Shown: positions 1-12,982 of the stretch, piece by piece
Layout of the letters: each line of letters starts with the position of its first letter
Numbering within the stretch: position 1 is the stretch's first letter
Assembly (NCBI GenBank): GCA_010015585.1
Contig: ML975154.1
DNA from: Eremomyces bilateralis CBS 781.70
Lineage: Eukaryota
Direction: 5' to 3' (one strand)
DNA length: 64,000 bases
Translations under genes and position numbers: made by a program
The notes under the pieces: model-generated
The model's database searches: none
What the model was told of the DNA's origin: nothing
What the model saw: the letters and a program-made list of their open reading frames with translations, nothing else

Positions 1-3000
1 CCACTGCCCACCCGAAACGCCAGCGTCTTCCACCATCGCCTCATCCTGTGCACAGTATCGCATCCCCCTGTCCGACCCCGCATTCTTCCGCATCCTCACC
101 TAAATTGCCTTACCCATCAAGCTGAAGCCCTCCAGTGTAGCCTGCGTAGGTACTATACCCTCGTCAATACTACGTAAGCCCAGCCTATAGCACATGGTCC
201 TCTAAATCTACCATCTGCGGCATCGTCGGCAAGTCGCGGACAGAGCGGCGGACCCGTGTCCACGGCGCGGTCCCGTACATGAAGTGCGGCTTTCACTATC
301 TTTGAGAAGGTCTAGATGCGGGCGACGGGGGAGACCCGGCTGGCGTTACATAAATAAAGACGCCTTGCTTGTCGTTGGGGTGATGCCGTCGGCGTTCCTG
401 GATGTTGATCTGCCGTGATTTACATTGAGGTCGATCACTTTATCTGAAGGAGTGGTTCGGTTCATGCGGTTGGGTTGATTTGGTTGATTTATTTAGTTTG
501 TTCGGAGTTCATGGATGCTGCAGGTGTTCGTGGCTACGGATACTCTAATGGCGAAGGAGGGGATTCATGCGCCAGCCGAGGAGCGCTGGGATGGGACGGC
601 GGGCTAAGAGCTTCACGGCGATGTGAATGGAAGAATGACGGCTGGGGAGATTTGGCGACGAGATGTCACCCTTCCTACCTCCTTACCTGAGTCGTCCGAG
701 ATGGTGTTCGTATTTCTCGCGAGGAGCCGTGGTGGTCGGATGGATAGGATGATATGGGAGATGTCGGAAGGGGGGTTGAGAGATCGGGTTGTTTGGTACT
801 TTCTGGCACTTAATATTTCGTACCATGGCATGGTTGGACTCGGGAGTGTAGGGCAGATGGATCGTGAAGTATCGTCAGATATATTCCGTAAACGAGTTGT
901 CGACGATCTGGTTATGACCGTCTCTGAGTCTTCGAGATTCCGCTCCAGTTTCAACGCCGAAAACCAGTTCCCGCCTCCATTCCCTCACGTATTCGACTCT
1001 CCAGCATAGATTCCACCCGTTGCTCTTCCACAGCCCTTGCTCCGATTCTCTCTCTCACTGGCCCACCTTGCCGTCCGCTGCAAGTCATGACCACACGAGA
1101 AGAAGCCATTCCACGGGCCATCCCGCCGGCCCGTTGGTATTTGATGACATATTATTTCAGACCTCAAGCGAAATAAGTAAATAACTAACGCCATATGTTA
1201 AATGCTCGCTCGCATGATGATCTAAGCCCTTCAAAAGTCAAACCAGGACGGACCTCTGAATTTCCCTGCGCAACTGATCGCCAATGGCTCAATCCATTCC
1301 CAACTCAAAGTCTGTGACAAACATACATGTGACTCTTGACCTAGGCTAAAGTATGAAGGCAACCTTAACAAAGGATTGAGGAACTAGCTTTTGAGTTTTG
1401 ACCCACTGGCCAATCCCCACGCGGAGTGCTGCGGAGCGCCGCGAAATAGCGGCGTGGCGTCCTATCACAGCATCAAATGGGCGGTGAATATTGTGATTGG
1501 TGAGCGACGGGGTGCATGAAGAGTGAGGATTGGGGGTTCGATCATCGATGTCACGCGGATGGGGAAATGAGAAGGACATCGGTCGTGGAGAGGTTGGTGT
1601 GGGAATGGGACTGGGAGGACTGAGGAGTGGAGGAAAGGGTGCTGCCCGTGCTGGACAGCGAACAGTGGACTGCTGGGTGGCGATCGGTTGGGGTTGAGAC
1701 TTGAGACATGCGGGGAGTTATTAATATCAATTTGAAATGCATTTGAGTGAGCAGGGGAGCAAGGAAGCAATAGTGACGAGAGACAGATAGAGGCTTTCTT
1801 GAAGGATCGACTGGATAGCGCATGCAGATCGGAATAGTCAAGCCGCAGCATCTGACATCTGGAGTTCTCAACTCGTCTTCACGAAATCGCACAAAGCAGG
1901 TCGCAGAATCACGGCGGTTATGTCGACGTGACTTGACCTCGAGGTCACGCTCCTCTCGCCGATCACTCCGACCCCGGTACAATGTACACAGACAACAACG
2001 CGACCTCAGCATTCCAAGCTTCAGGCTTCAGCAAAAGGCGCCGACGCAAAGTTTCCGAACGACACGACATCACTGGCCAGTGGCCACGGCGTGTCACTCA
2101 CTCAATCGCTTCCCCATCATGCTCATACGGTCATACCAACCAGGCACACGAGTGACAGAGCTGCTGAGCAGCGCCCACTCTCGCATCCTCCCGATCGCGT
2201 GGGCGGACAAATCATTGACGCGCCAAGTATTTCCTTTTTGCTAATTTGAGGAGCGGACGGGTCTTGCGATGTTCACTTCCGAACTCACGTCGCTTTGAAT
2301 AACGTCGCGTTTGGGATTTCTGGCCCATAATAGGGCCGGTGTAAGCGCCTGATGGGGATTCGTTCCGCGATGATGGCGAGGAAAGTCCTAGCATTGCTCG
2401 AGGGGGGAACGCGTTGCTTCATGACCGCAATTTGGGGGTTTTCACCGCCACACCTGATGCGACGACGCGGAAGTACGAAGATGGAGACGAGATGACGTTG
2501 AGGGAGGAGAGAGCCAATCAGAACGGCTCTCACACCGCTTCACTTCCCATCCTCCCAGTCTGTTCTTCCTCTGAGCGACAAAGCATGGAGTGAAGAGCTT
2601 TTCGCACGGCATCTCCGTCATCAAATTGCTGTGACAATAATTATGACAAGATGGCCAGGATTAGGGAACTCCTAGTGCTGGGGTGAGGTGTGAAAGGAAA
2701 CCGAGGACGTAAAGGGCATAGCGCCGGACAACAAGCCGCCCATCCATCTCCGGTTGTATTCCCAACTGTCAACTATCTATCAACACTTACGGAGTACCAG
2801 GCTAGAGTATGTTACTATGAATCATAAACATGTACATAAACTGAAGATAGGACCCATCATGCACTGGAGAGCTGCCTCTTAATCTACGGGGATGCTGAAG
2901 TAAGGTACCTATGGGATATTAATACGAACAGACAGACGTTGGTTGAGACTTGCAGTGGGAGTGTCCCTGGCTCCCTGTTCCGAGTTATTGGCGGTCAGAG

Positions 3001-4431
3001 GGAGGAAAGAGCCACCGAGGCCCAAGCTGTTTGGGGGAAGTTGCACAGTTATGTCGATACCGATGGGAACTATTCATACTGGGACTGTGTATTATTTACT
3101 AGGTAATATCAGTTTTTACTAATTCATAATTGACCATGGTTTTGGTGGAGAAGACGAAGCAACGAAGCCATGACGAACAAGGCCCCTGGGTCTAGACATC
3201 AAATTGCGGCAATGGCCAGCCGTCATTCGCGGCTGAAATGCGAGACTCCGGCTCCCTCCATCATCTCTCCAATGGCAAAAGAATAAGATTTGACCCGCTC
3301 GCTCCTCACTGGCTCTTCCATCTCTCAACCCAAACTTCCCCCCGATTTCTCTCCAATCCTTTTGCGTTCCCTCCAAATCCCCATCCTCCTATCGCAATTC
3401 GCAAACTCCCAAATCCGCTTTCCGCTCTACCCAATCGTCGCCCTCAATTCCCCCTTCAATCTCTGATCTCGGTTCCCAATTCCACACTTTCTCCAGATCG
3501 CCGTCCTGGTTCCCTGGCCCGTGGGTTTCCACTACCCAATTGTCAATCTTCGCCTCGTCTTCTCTGGCCAGTCAAGATCAAATCGCAAACCCCTCCCCAG
3601 GCACCGCGACACAATCCAAGTCCGCAACAGGACCACGTCCAACGTCTCATCATCTCACGTCTCCACCGCGCTTCCAAGCCCTGGTCATTGTCATCATATC
3701 CGACTTTGACCTCACAGAATCGTAGTCCGCTGTGGTTGATTCCGCGCATCGCATCCCATCGCACCGGAGCGGAAGGAATCATTCCTGCTTACCGTCGCAT
3801 TCTGCTACACAAAGCAACTTTTGCGACCCCAGTCAAGCACGCACTGGATTCCGGTTTCCGACGTTCCCTCCCAAGTCCCAACTTTTGCCTAGGTTGCATT
3901 TGCTCGTGTTTCATCACGCCGTGCTTCCGTCATCAGCAACAACAACATTGTCACCTCTCAACCATCGGCACAGCCAAAATTGGTTCGATCCAACCCAATC
4001 AACTATTCTCATCCTCATTTCTGCGTCATCAACAGTGAGGCTTCAATTGCAGTTGCACCGCGTTCTGCCTTGCTGCCCACTGCCTACTGCCCGACCGACA
4101 CGTGACGTACACGTGGAGACACATCTCAACCAGTTACAGGTCGTCACAGTTTCGGCCTTCACGCCTTGTGGCCTTTACCGAAGCATTTCTGGCTTCTGCT
4201 GTGGATTATTCGATCTTATTCGTCCTTATTCGTTCCCATTCAACGCCAAATCTTCTGCCGGGCTGGACAGACTGCACGAGCTACTAGGAAAACAAACTCG
4301 GCCAAACAAATCTTGGTCCGCTTTGCGCCAGACATAGATTGCTGAACAAAGCAATCGTTAATCTACCTCGCACCGTCCCAGCTGCCTCCATTTGGCGCTA
4401 TCTTTGGGATCTCTGCCCGGGTTGAACGCAG

Positions 4432-4728
4432 GTAAGTTTAGCACACGCTTTGCATTCTGCACCACGCGCACACCACCCTCTCGCCCCCCAAACCCCAGCT
4501 TGCTGCATTGCCAGCGCATCACTCCTCCAATCGTCACGCTGGCCGCCGCCGCTCATTGCTGGCATCCCGCGAGGGGTGACGGATGGGCCAACGACCGCCT
4601 TGAATACTCGGGCCTTGCCTTTACCCTCGCAGAAGCTCCCGCCCACCTCCAATTCTTCCTATTTGACTACAAATTCCATCCTCGCCCGGCCAATTGACGT
4701 CGTGAACACCATTAACCTGGACCTTTAG
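4432..4728 (+). other. Putative intron in hapB 5' leader
   Basis: Donor CAG|GTAAGT at 4432, branch-like ATTAAC at 4711, acceptor TTTAG ending at 4728. Confidence 0.55.
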
Positions 4729-5199
4729 GACCCGAAACGTTACTGTCGACCTTTTCACCGGTGCCATCAACGTGCGGGCCTCCCGCTTACGCGCACCGCC
4801 TCATCCGCGTTCGGATTCGGACGCGCCTCACTCTGCCTCTTCGCCCACTTTTCTCCCATCCCGCCCAGGCGGTGCGACTGACTCTGCACGCCTTGCGAGC
4901 TGCCAAATCATCGCTTCCTGCGCGTCTCGTCACGGGAAGAGAATCTGCTGCGGGAAAAGCCCCAACTTGCACGGCGTGGCATATTTGACAACTCATCGCC
5001 CAGCCACGCTTTGCCGGCTCTTGTCGCCGTCCCAGATTTGATCGATTGCCCAACCGACCCGCCGGCCCGTTAGCAATCAACGAAGATCGCGTCCTTCGCA
5101 AACATCAAGACCACCAAAGTTTTGCGCTCCGTTCCGAACACAATCCTATCGACGACGTGATTCCGTCTGCGACGACCGTCCAATATCATTAAGTGGACT

Positions 5200-5263
5200 G
5201 TAAGTTGCCGGTACCTTGCATTGCCTTCTTATTGGACCATTCCAAGCTGACCACTTCTCGTAG
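5200..5263 (+). other. Putative intron in hapB 5' leader
   Basis: GTAAGT at 5200, branch GCTGAC at 5246, acceptor CGTAG ending at 5263. The 64-nt length is typical for a fungal intron. Confidence 0.7.
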
Positions 5264-5559
5264 GCTTCGACGCATCCACCACTCATCGCCAACCCTTCGA
5301 CATTCAGTTGTCGTATTTTGATACCAGTTCCTCCCTATCTCGTTCCTTTCCTACATCAGGATACCTCCGCTACTGGCCACTTCCAATCCCCACGTCTATA
5401 TACACCTGCTGCACGGTTGTTCCAGTGGCGCTGCCTGAACGCACCGACCCGCTATCTCCTGCTCGTGCAATTGAGTGGCGTTCTGGGGTATCAACATCCT
5501 CAGCCATCCTCCACTAGCAGCGAGTCACCGCTCTGACCCACTTCCACCCGACGCGCAAC

Positions 5560-6621
5560 ATGGAGACATACGCGCAGTATCAACAACCACACCACAACGC
5601 CCATCCACCCGCCCACATCCAAGCCGCATACAACACTTCACCGTCCGGAACCGGAGGAGGGATCACCTCTCCAAACCAGCAAAACCAGATGCATCCTCCA
5701 CCGTCACAGACCTCGCCGATCCTGCAATCACAAGGGAATGCATATCCGCCGCAAGGCGGGCCGAACGCAGGAGGACACCCCACTCAACAAATGGGGTATT
5801 CACAGCCAGGATATGGGGTGCCGGGTCCCATGCATAGCCAGTATGGACAGTCAACTTCACAGCATGCTGCCATGGCCCTGGCCGCGGCATCAGGGCAACC
5901 CGTGCCGTATTATATGCCCGGGCAAATGCCCATGAGCCAAGACCCGAGCGCATCTCCTCGCATGCAGGCTCCGGGCAAAGTCGACGGACGGAATCCTCGA
6001 TCACCGCCGCAAGGTCCCCAAGGCGGACTTCCGTCGCAGGTTCCCATGCCTCAGCAATCGCGACGCATGAGCCAGCAGATCAGCAGCCCTGCGCTGCAAC
6101 ATCCCCAGCCAACCCTGAGCCATGTCAGCCGGCCCCCAGGGGCCCCGCAGATGGCCCAGCAGGCTCCCGCCCAGCAACAGTCGCCGGAGATGGTCGCCGG
6201 CGCGGCCGAAGAATCGCCCCTCTACGTCAACGCGAAGCAATTCCACCGCATCCTCAAGCGGCGGATAGCGCGGCAGAAGCTCGAGGAAGCCCTCCGCCTC
6301 ACCTCCAAAGGCCGCAAGCCGTACCTGCACGAGTCGCGCCACAACCACGCCATGCGGCGGCCGCGCGGACCGGGCGGACGGTTCCTCACGGCGGACGAGG
6401 TGGCGGCGCTGGAGCGGAAGGCGGCGGGCGAGGGGGACGACACGGAGGTCAAGGAGGAGCCGCCGGCGAAGGCATCTGGGTCAAAGCGCAAGGCCGGTGC
6501 AGCTCCCTCTAAGTCCACCCCGTCCAAGAAGAGCAAGACTGAGTCTGGCACAGTGCAGCGAACCGTCGAGAGCGAGGAGGACGAGGAGGATGACGAGGAC
6601 GATGCGGATGACGATGGATAG
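5560..6621 (+). CDS. hapB: CCAAT-binding complex subunit HapB/Hap2 (NF-YA)
   Basis: Single 353-aa ORF. A Q/P-rich N-terminus is followed by the NF-YA core [27 protein letters not shown]...[26 protein letters not shown], then a basic segment and an acidic tail. Confidence 0.97.
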   Translation: METYAQYQQPHHNAHPPAHIQAAYNTSPSGTGGGITSPNQQNQMHPPPSQTSPILQSQGNAYPPQGGPNAGGHPTQQMGYSQPGYGVPGPMHSQYGQSTSQHAAMALAAASGQPVPYYMPGQMPMSQDPSASPRMQAPGKVDGRNPRSPPQGPQGGLPSQVPMPQQSRRMSQQISSPALQHPQPTLSHVSRPPGAPQMAQQAPAQQQSPEMVAGAAEESPLYVNAKQFHRILKRRIARQKLEEALRLTSKGRKPYLHESRHNHAMRRPRGPGGRFLTADEVAALERKAAGEGDDTEVKEEPPAKASGSKRKAGAAPSKSTPSKKSKTESGTVQRTVESEEDEEDDEDDADDDG

Positions 6622-6961
6622 AGAGCGAGTGAGAGACTGGCGATATTTTCAGACATTCATCACCGCCCCGTCCCATCTATCGGATTTCACTTCGGTCCGT
6701 GAGGCGGGTCTCTCACGGGTCGCTGTTGCTATTTGATTTCCCCATCCCCATGCCTCATCCTTTTCTGTTAACGAGCCATGACACGTTTGTTGCTGTTTCC
6801 CACACCACCAAGCGAGTATTCACGATTTTCTACATCAAAGCTATTTGATGCCTTTGTAGTTTGTACACAGCGATTCCCATGCAACAACCAAACCTTGTAA
6901 TTCATGCTTTGCTGTTCTGCTCGATTTTTTGCTGCGCGGAGATGTCGATGTCGATAAGATG

Positions 6962-6994
6962 AGAAGAAGAAGAAGAAGAAGAAGAAGAAGAAGA
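6962..6994. repeat. (AGA)n trinucleotide microsatellite downstream of hapB
   Basis: About 11 tandem AGA units read directly. Confidence 0.95.
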
Positions 6995-8084
6995 GGCGAG
7001 ACGGGTTTATTCGTATCCCTCTCTCTCCTTCTCTCCCTCATCCCACTCTCGCTCTCCTTGATTTTACAACCCTCGCTTTTCCCTTCCATTGCATTTCATT
7101 CCCTCCCATCGATCCCGATTTTCTTTACCAGCGACATCACCACTTTGCACAGACTTGCGGCATGACGGGAAAGGGAAGGAAAGGAAAACTTGGGAATTCG
7201 GCTTACATAACCACCACCACATGAACCATTTAGAAGGAAAGGGGGGGAGGGGTTCCGTCGCCGGAAGAGAGAGAGGGATGGGAGGAGAGAGGGAGATATT
7301 GAAGTAAACGAGAAACAGAAAATATCGATACTCGGAATTTATAACGTTGAGAAACTTTGTTCTATGATTTGTGGCTTGGTTCCGTGCATGATCTGATGGA
7401 TGCTTTCGCGGTGGGGAGGCGACGATGGATAGCTGATCGGCTGTACGAGTCATCATATGGCATGCATGATCGGTCGGAGTAAAGGAAGGACGGGTAGTGG
7501 AACGATACGATTGAAGGGCGGCGATCAGGGGGAACACCGCATTCCTTACTCCATCCCAACCAGCCAATCTCTCTTGGACAGGCTCCTCCGACCTATCCGC
7601 AATCCCCTTTCCCCTCCACCGTATTCTCACTCCCCTCCCCTTTTTCCCCCGCTCTCCCCATTCCACTTCTTCCTGTTCCATCAGCTTTCGTGCATGACGA
7701 TGGTTTCGTTCTGGGTTTCGGGTGGGCTCGGGGGCGGGAGGGAGGGAGGGAGGGAGGGAGAGAAAGTACCGCAGAGTATGGTCGGGTCGGGTCTGCTGCT
7801 CAGGTTCAGGTTGATCGGGGCGGATGGACGGGTACTGTGGATAGGAAGCGGGGAGCGTTGATTTGAGCACGGGATTCGGAATGATGGCATGTGGGGTTGG
7901 GTATACTTTGTGGATAGTTCATCGTCGCTAGGGAACGTTGACGATAAGATTCTCATAACGACGCTAGGGGCTAACAATACTTTAGGTTCAAACTCCTCAT
8001 AGGTTCATAGACATACCACCCCACCTCACCGCGTCAATCCTCATCTTCATCATATCATCATCAATTCAAACAATCCTCCCTCCC

Positions 8085-11000
8085 CTACTCCCCCTCCAAC
8101 AACAACCGATACGTCGCCACTTCAAACGCCCGCAACTCAACCCTCACTCTCCCCTCTTCCACTTCCACCTCCTCACCCTCATCCTCCAACAAATTCGTCT
8201 TCCACGCCCTTCCCACCGGCACCGCCCCCAATCGCAACCACCCCCTCGCCCGCCCCCCCAGCGCATCATACACCCTCACAATAACGTTCCGCCCGTGCCG
8301 CGTCGGCAGCTCGCCGCGTGAGACGTCCGCATCGTCTTCACCGCGCTTGATGGTGTCGATGAAGAGGTTGGGGGAGCCGGTGATGCGGAAGGAGGAGAGG
8401 AGAGAGGCGATGGAGGAGGGGGAGGAGTGGTAGGTGGGTTGGAGGGGGTTGTTGAAGGCGTAGCCGGCGCGGACGGTGTGGTGGGAGAGGGGGCCGGCGT
8501 GCGGCATGATGGCGTACCGGATGCGGTGGTGGCCTGGGTGGGTTAGTAAGGCTCTCTTGTATTTAGGGTTGTGATGGATTTCAACTATGATGTGTAGGGT
8601 TGGGGGAGGGAAGGGACATACCCATATCAGCGTTCGCATCTGGCGCTTTCGGGGCGCGTAACAGCGACAACCGCATCACGTTCCCGACCGTCGCGAACCC
8701 GTATTTCGAATCATTGAGAATCGACACGCCATATCCGGCCTCAGAGAGATCCGCCCATCGGTGACAGCACACCTCGAACTTCGCCATGTCCCAGGTAGTG
8801 TTGTAGTGCGTCGGACGTCTCGCGATACCGAACTGCGTCTCATATGACGCCTCGGTGTTCAAGACGTCGACAGGGAACTCCACCTTCAAGAACTTCTTGT
8901 CCTCGTACCACTTGACCTCGCTTTCCATCTCGACGAGGTCCATGCCGTGACCGGTCACGCTGTTCAGGCTGATGGTCGTCTTCACCCAGGACGAGTCGCT
9001 GATCTTGGTCTCGACCACAAGGCTGACTCGGTGGGGGTCCGACTCAGAGATGTAGGACGTGGTGGGTTTCAACTCCGTGCGGGAGTCGAGGTGGTAGACT
9101 TCGACGTCCCAGGCTTGCCAGTATAGGGGCTTGTCGTCGAATAGGACGAGTTGGTTCGCTTTCTGTCCCGGCGGGATGACTTCTCGCTCGGCGTATTTGT
9201 CATAGAGCGACACGATCACGCCGTCCGTGACCTTCACTTCGAACCGGTGGTTGGCAAGGAGGTAGCTGCCATCCGCACACTGGGCGATTGTTGGACGATG
9301 ATAGGACTGGTGTCCAAGAGGGTTAGTAGGGGCGGTCAGATAACAGTCTGTAGCGGACTCGAACGGCTCGGCGAGGTGGTATTCCGAATCAACGGCCGAT
9401 ACCGGCTCGCGCCACTGATCTCTACTAGGTGATTTCACAATTTCGGTTCTCTCCCAAGGCAAGGTATTCAAATAGACGAGCTTGGATCCGGGCTGCTTCT
9501 CAGATGTGAATTCAAGTTCCGACAATGCTTCAGCCAAGAGGCGTTGGCCGGTCTTGAATACTTTGGCATATAGCTACAGCAGCGTCAGTGAGGTGTTTGC
9601 AAAATCGTTTCGTGATCGACTTACTTTGTCTGAATCGTCATAGCACATCTCGATCGAGCTTCCCGGAAGACAGTCATGGAACTGACAAAGCAACACGCTC
9701 TCCCACATCCGGTCCAAATCCTTCTTCGGATACCGATATCCGGACCGCGTCGTATTCTTCACCAAATCCTTAATACTGGCCAAGGTCGCGAAGTACTCGA
9801 TATCCCTCAAGAGGACCTCAGCCTGTCTGTTATTCTTCTTGTTGTTCGCCTGCGTCGTGTACGTGCCTCGATGCAGTTCGAAGTACAGCTCACCGTACCA
9901 GGTGACGTACTTCGTACCGTTTTCGGCCTTCTTCTCCAGCTTGGCGAAGAAGTCGTCGACGGAGTCGCCCAGCTTGACGCGTGGTAGAAGGCCGACGGTG
10001 TCGCTGATTCCACGGCAACGACGCAGCTTTTCGATGTGCTCGAACGTTGGGCCACCGCCTCCGTCACCCTTGCCGAAGATCAGTAATGAGGTTGCGTCCT
10101 GGTCCATGGATTTGTGTTGGGTGACGCTTCGCTTGACGTCGCCGAAATGCGCCTCGGCGGTGTAGGTCTCCGCAGGAGTCATGTGGCACAGCACCTGGCT
10201 GCCGTCCAGCGCCACCCAATTGAAGGTCGTGTGAGGGAAGTTGTTGATATTGTTCCAGCTGAGCTTCTGGGTGAAGAATCGTGACATTCCCGCCAGACGG
10301 CAGAGTTGAGGGAGTTGTGAGGAATACCCGAACGTATCAGGTAGCCAGAAAGTCGTGCTTCGTTGGCCGAATCGACTCTCGAAGAAACGCTGGCCATAGA
10401 GGAATTGCCGGACTAACGACTCTCCGCTAGGGAGGTTGGTGTCGTGTTCGACCCAGCTTCCGCCAATGGGCTGGAATTTGCCTTCTTTGACTTTGGCCTT
10501 CACCCTGTCCCAGAGCGACGGGTAATATTTCTCCAGCCATTGATACTGCTGTGCTTGCGAGCAGCAGAACCTCAATTCCGGGTACCGATCCATCAAGTCG
10601 CATTGGTTTGACCATGAACGTGCAACCTTGCGCTTGGTCTCCGCCCACGGCCAGAGCCAACAGGTATCGATATGACAATGCCCTACGGCCGTAATGAGAG
10701 CCTCTTGGTCGGTCTCATAGACTTTCTCGGAGTCGACGTTGATGCCGATGTATTTCTGGGCAACTTCACGGCACGCTTTGATTGATTCTTTGCTACCTCC
10801 GCCGGCAATGAAGGTGTCCATGATTTCGTTGCATACCTCCGAAGCTCTATGTGACTCCCAGGAATCGCCGGGGAATTCCCGTGCGGCGTCTAAGGGTTGT
10901 CAATAGTCTGATTAGATAAGGGGGCAAAAATATACACACCTCCGATGATCCAGAAGTCCACATACAAGGCTCGAGCATCCAGATTGACTGCGACGATGTC

Positions 11001-11725
11001 TGCTGTGTTCAGCTGGAAATACTTCTCTGGGTTCGGCGGCTGGATCGAATCGCCTCCCCCATTGCCGAACATCCCATTGCACGCCATCTCGATGTAGAAC
11101 AGATGTTCCGTCCCATCTCTAAAGGAGTCTGGAAGGATCCACTCAGTCCGCTCACCACCGCCTGTAAGGCCGTGGACCGGATCGCCATGTTCCGTCCAGA
11201 TGAGACCCTCGTTGTTCGCATCCCAATGGAACTCAAGGTGCTCTTTCTCGCGAAGGTTTGCCGGAACCGTCAATTGGATCTTGAACCAAAACGTTGCCCA
11301 GCTAGGGCCGTATATATCGCCCTTCCTGGCCGGTCGGAACTCGTGGGAAGTCGCGTCTTTAAAGGTTGGTCGTTCGAGGTTGGGAGGACCGTAGACGCTT
11401 AGTTTGACGGAGTCGTCACCAGAGGCACGACCTTCGTATAGTTTCCTTGTTGAACATACATGAGCTAGGTGCAACATTGGAGAAGAATGATTCAAAAGGA
11501 CTGTACCCGATCAGGTTCTGGGACTCGTATTGTCCCTTGCTCGTGAATTGCTTGAGTCTATCACGATAAATGTTGCCGATCTATTGTGCAATTAGCTTCA
11601 CCACCATCAAGCTCCACTACCAGCTCGGCTGATGGTGACGGTACCTTCTTGCCAACGGGACCGGCAGCAAGCCGCGGAAGGCTTGACGAAGCAGCATCCA
11701 TAGTCCTTCGCTGATCCCCGCCCAT
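8085..11725 (-). CDS. ams1: Alpha-mannosidase, glycoside hydrolase family 38 (Ams1-type), 6 exons
   Basis: Exons ~11725-11645, 11580-11507, 11445-10940, 10889-9625, 9573-8622 and 8533-8085 join in frame. Motifs GHCHIDTCWLWP, FWLPDTFGYS, WYGELYFELHRGTYT, LLCQFHDCLPGS and RPTHYNTTWDMAKFEVC. Confidence 0.96.
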
Positions 11726-12982
11726 TGTGAATCCGAGTATTATGAATAAAAGGGAAAAGTAGGGGTTGTGAAGAGAGAGGATGGAGGGTCATATACTCAA
11801 GCTTAAGAGCTCACGAGGGGTTGGAGGTGGTGATACGGTTATACATGTGTACCTGCGTGAGGAGCAGCAACCAGCCACGCCAAACCCCAGCAACACAAGC
11901 AACAGAAGCAACACAGCTGACCGCAGCGTGCAATCAGGACCAGCCGGATGACTTCAACGGTTCAACCCCATGATGAGGAAACTGCGGGGTCACCAACTAA
12001 TTAAGGGCACTAATGGCTAGGGACGTGACCCATAACCATTAGCTAGCTAGAGGAGCTGACTCCGGAATATTGTAATTATTCTCATTTCTGCAATAATTCT
12101 CGGGCCTAAGTACCAGTATGGATACCTTCTCTTATGCCTCCTTCAGCATCTTCATCCACAATCACTACCACCAGCAAGGTACTTAGAATGAACACCTTGC
12201 TTGTATAATTAGCCACCACCTGCTTCAATAGCCGTATAGTATGGCTTTCGTACCAAAAGCGAAAAGGAACTAGGCAAGTAGCTTCCGTACAGAACCCTCA
12301 TTCTCAGAACCTATTCTCGAACAACCCATTCTCGCAGAACCCTTCTCACAAAGCCTTAATTAGCATCATTTGGCATTGGCTTTTCCTCGGAGTTTGAATT
12401 CTATGCGCAAAAATTTAGACAACACATATTTCAAGACCTTCCGAACATGAGTGCCCATAACTAAGAAGAAGAGCTAAGTTAGGATTCCTTATCTGTCACA
12501 GTCTTTTGTTGAAACCAGATATACGAGCCAGAGAGCATTATTGACAAGTTGGGCCTTCGTGAGAACCCCAAAATGGAAGTCGAACTGATGTCTACCCCTC
12601 AAAGTTTCGTGACGCGGAACCATGTGTCCGTCGAAATGGATACCGCCCTTGTAGAGCTTCATCTTGTCGATGGCAAGGATGCAGCCGGCGAGCTTATAAG
12701 TGTATCTTTCATGCGCAGAAAAGGGTTCGTTGTCACCGGCCAATCATAAGATGGAGGGTTCAACTTGGCAAGGCTCACCAGCGCAGACTTGGCTCTCGTC
12801 CAGCCAACCAGTGGTGAACATGGCATGCAGCAACGACTGGAAGGCATCGAGATTCAGCCTTGCTCAGCGTTATATAAAGCTAAATCTCATCCTCAGCCGA
12901 ACGCCGCATTCCTATCTTCTCAGCTTCACCTCCTTCGTTGTATCAAATATCCTCTATCCTTCAGAGGTGAAAGCACCAAACG

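Noticed and set aside
1..2650. Short ORFs on both strands at the window start
   Set aside because: No recognisable motifs or consistent exon chain. Probably intergenic or UTR sequence, possibly of a gene outside the window.
3238..4038. 266-aa + strand ORF upstream of hapB
   Set aside because: P/S/R-rich low-complexity translation of a C-rich tract with no family signature. Better explained as promoter or leader sequence.
7064..7870. 268-aa minus ORF and overlapping ORFs between hapB and ams1
   Set aside because: They arise from purine/pyrimidine-biased 3' UTR sequence and have no protein-like features.
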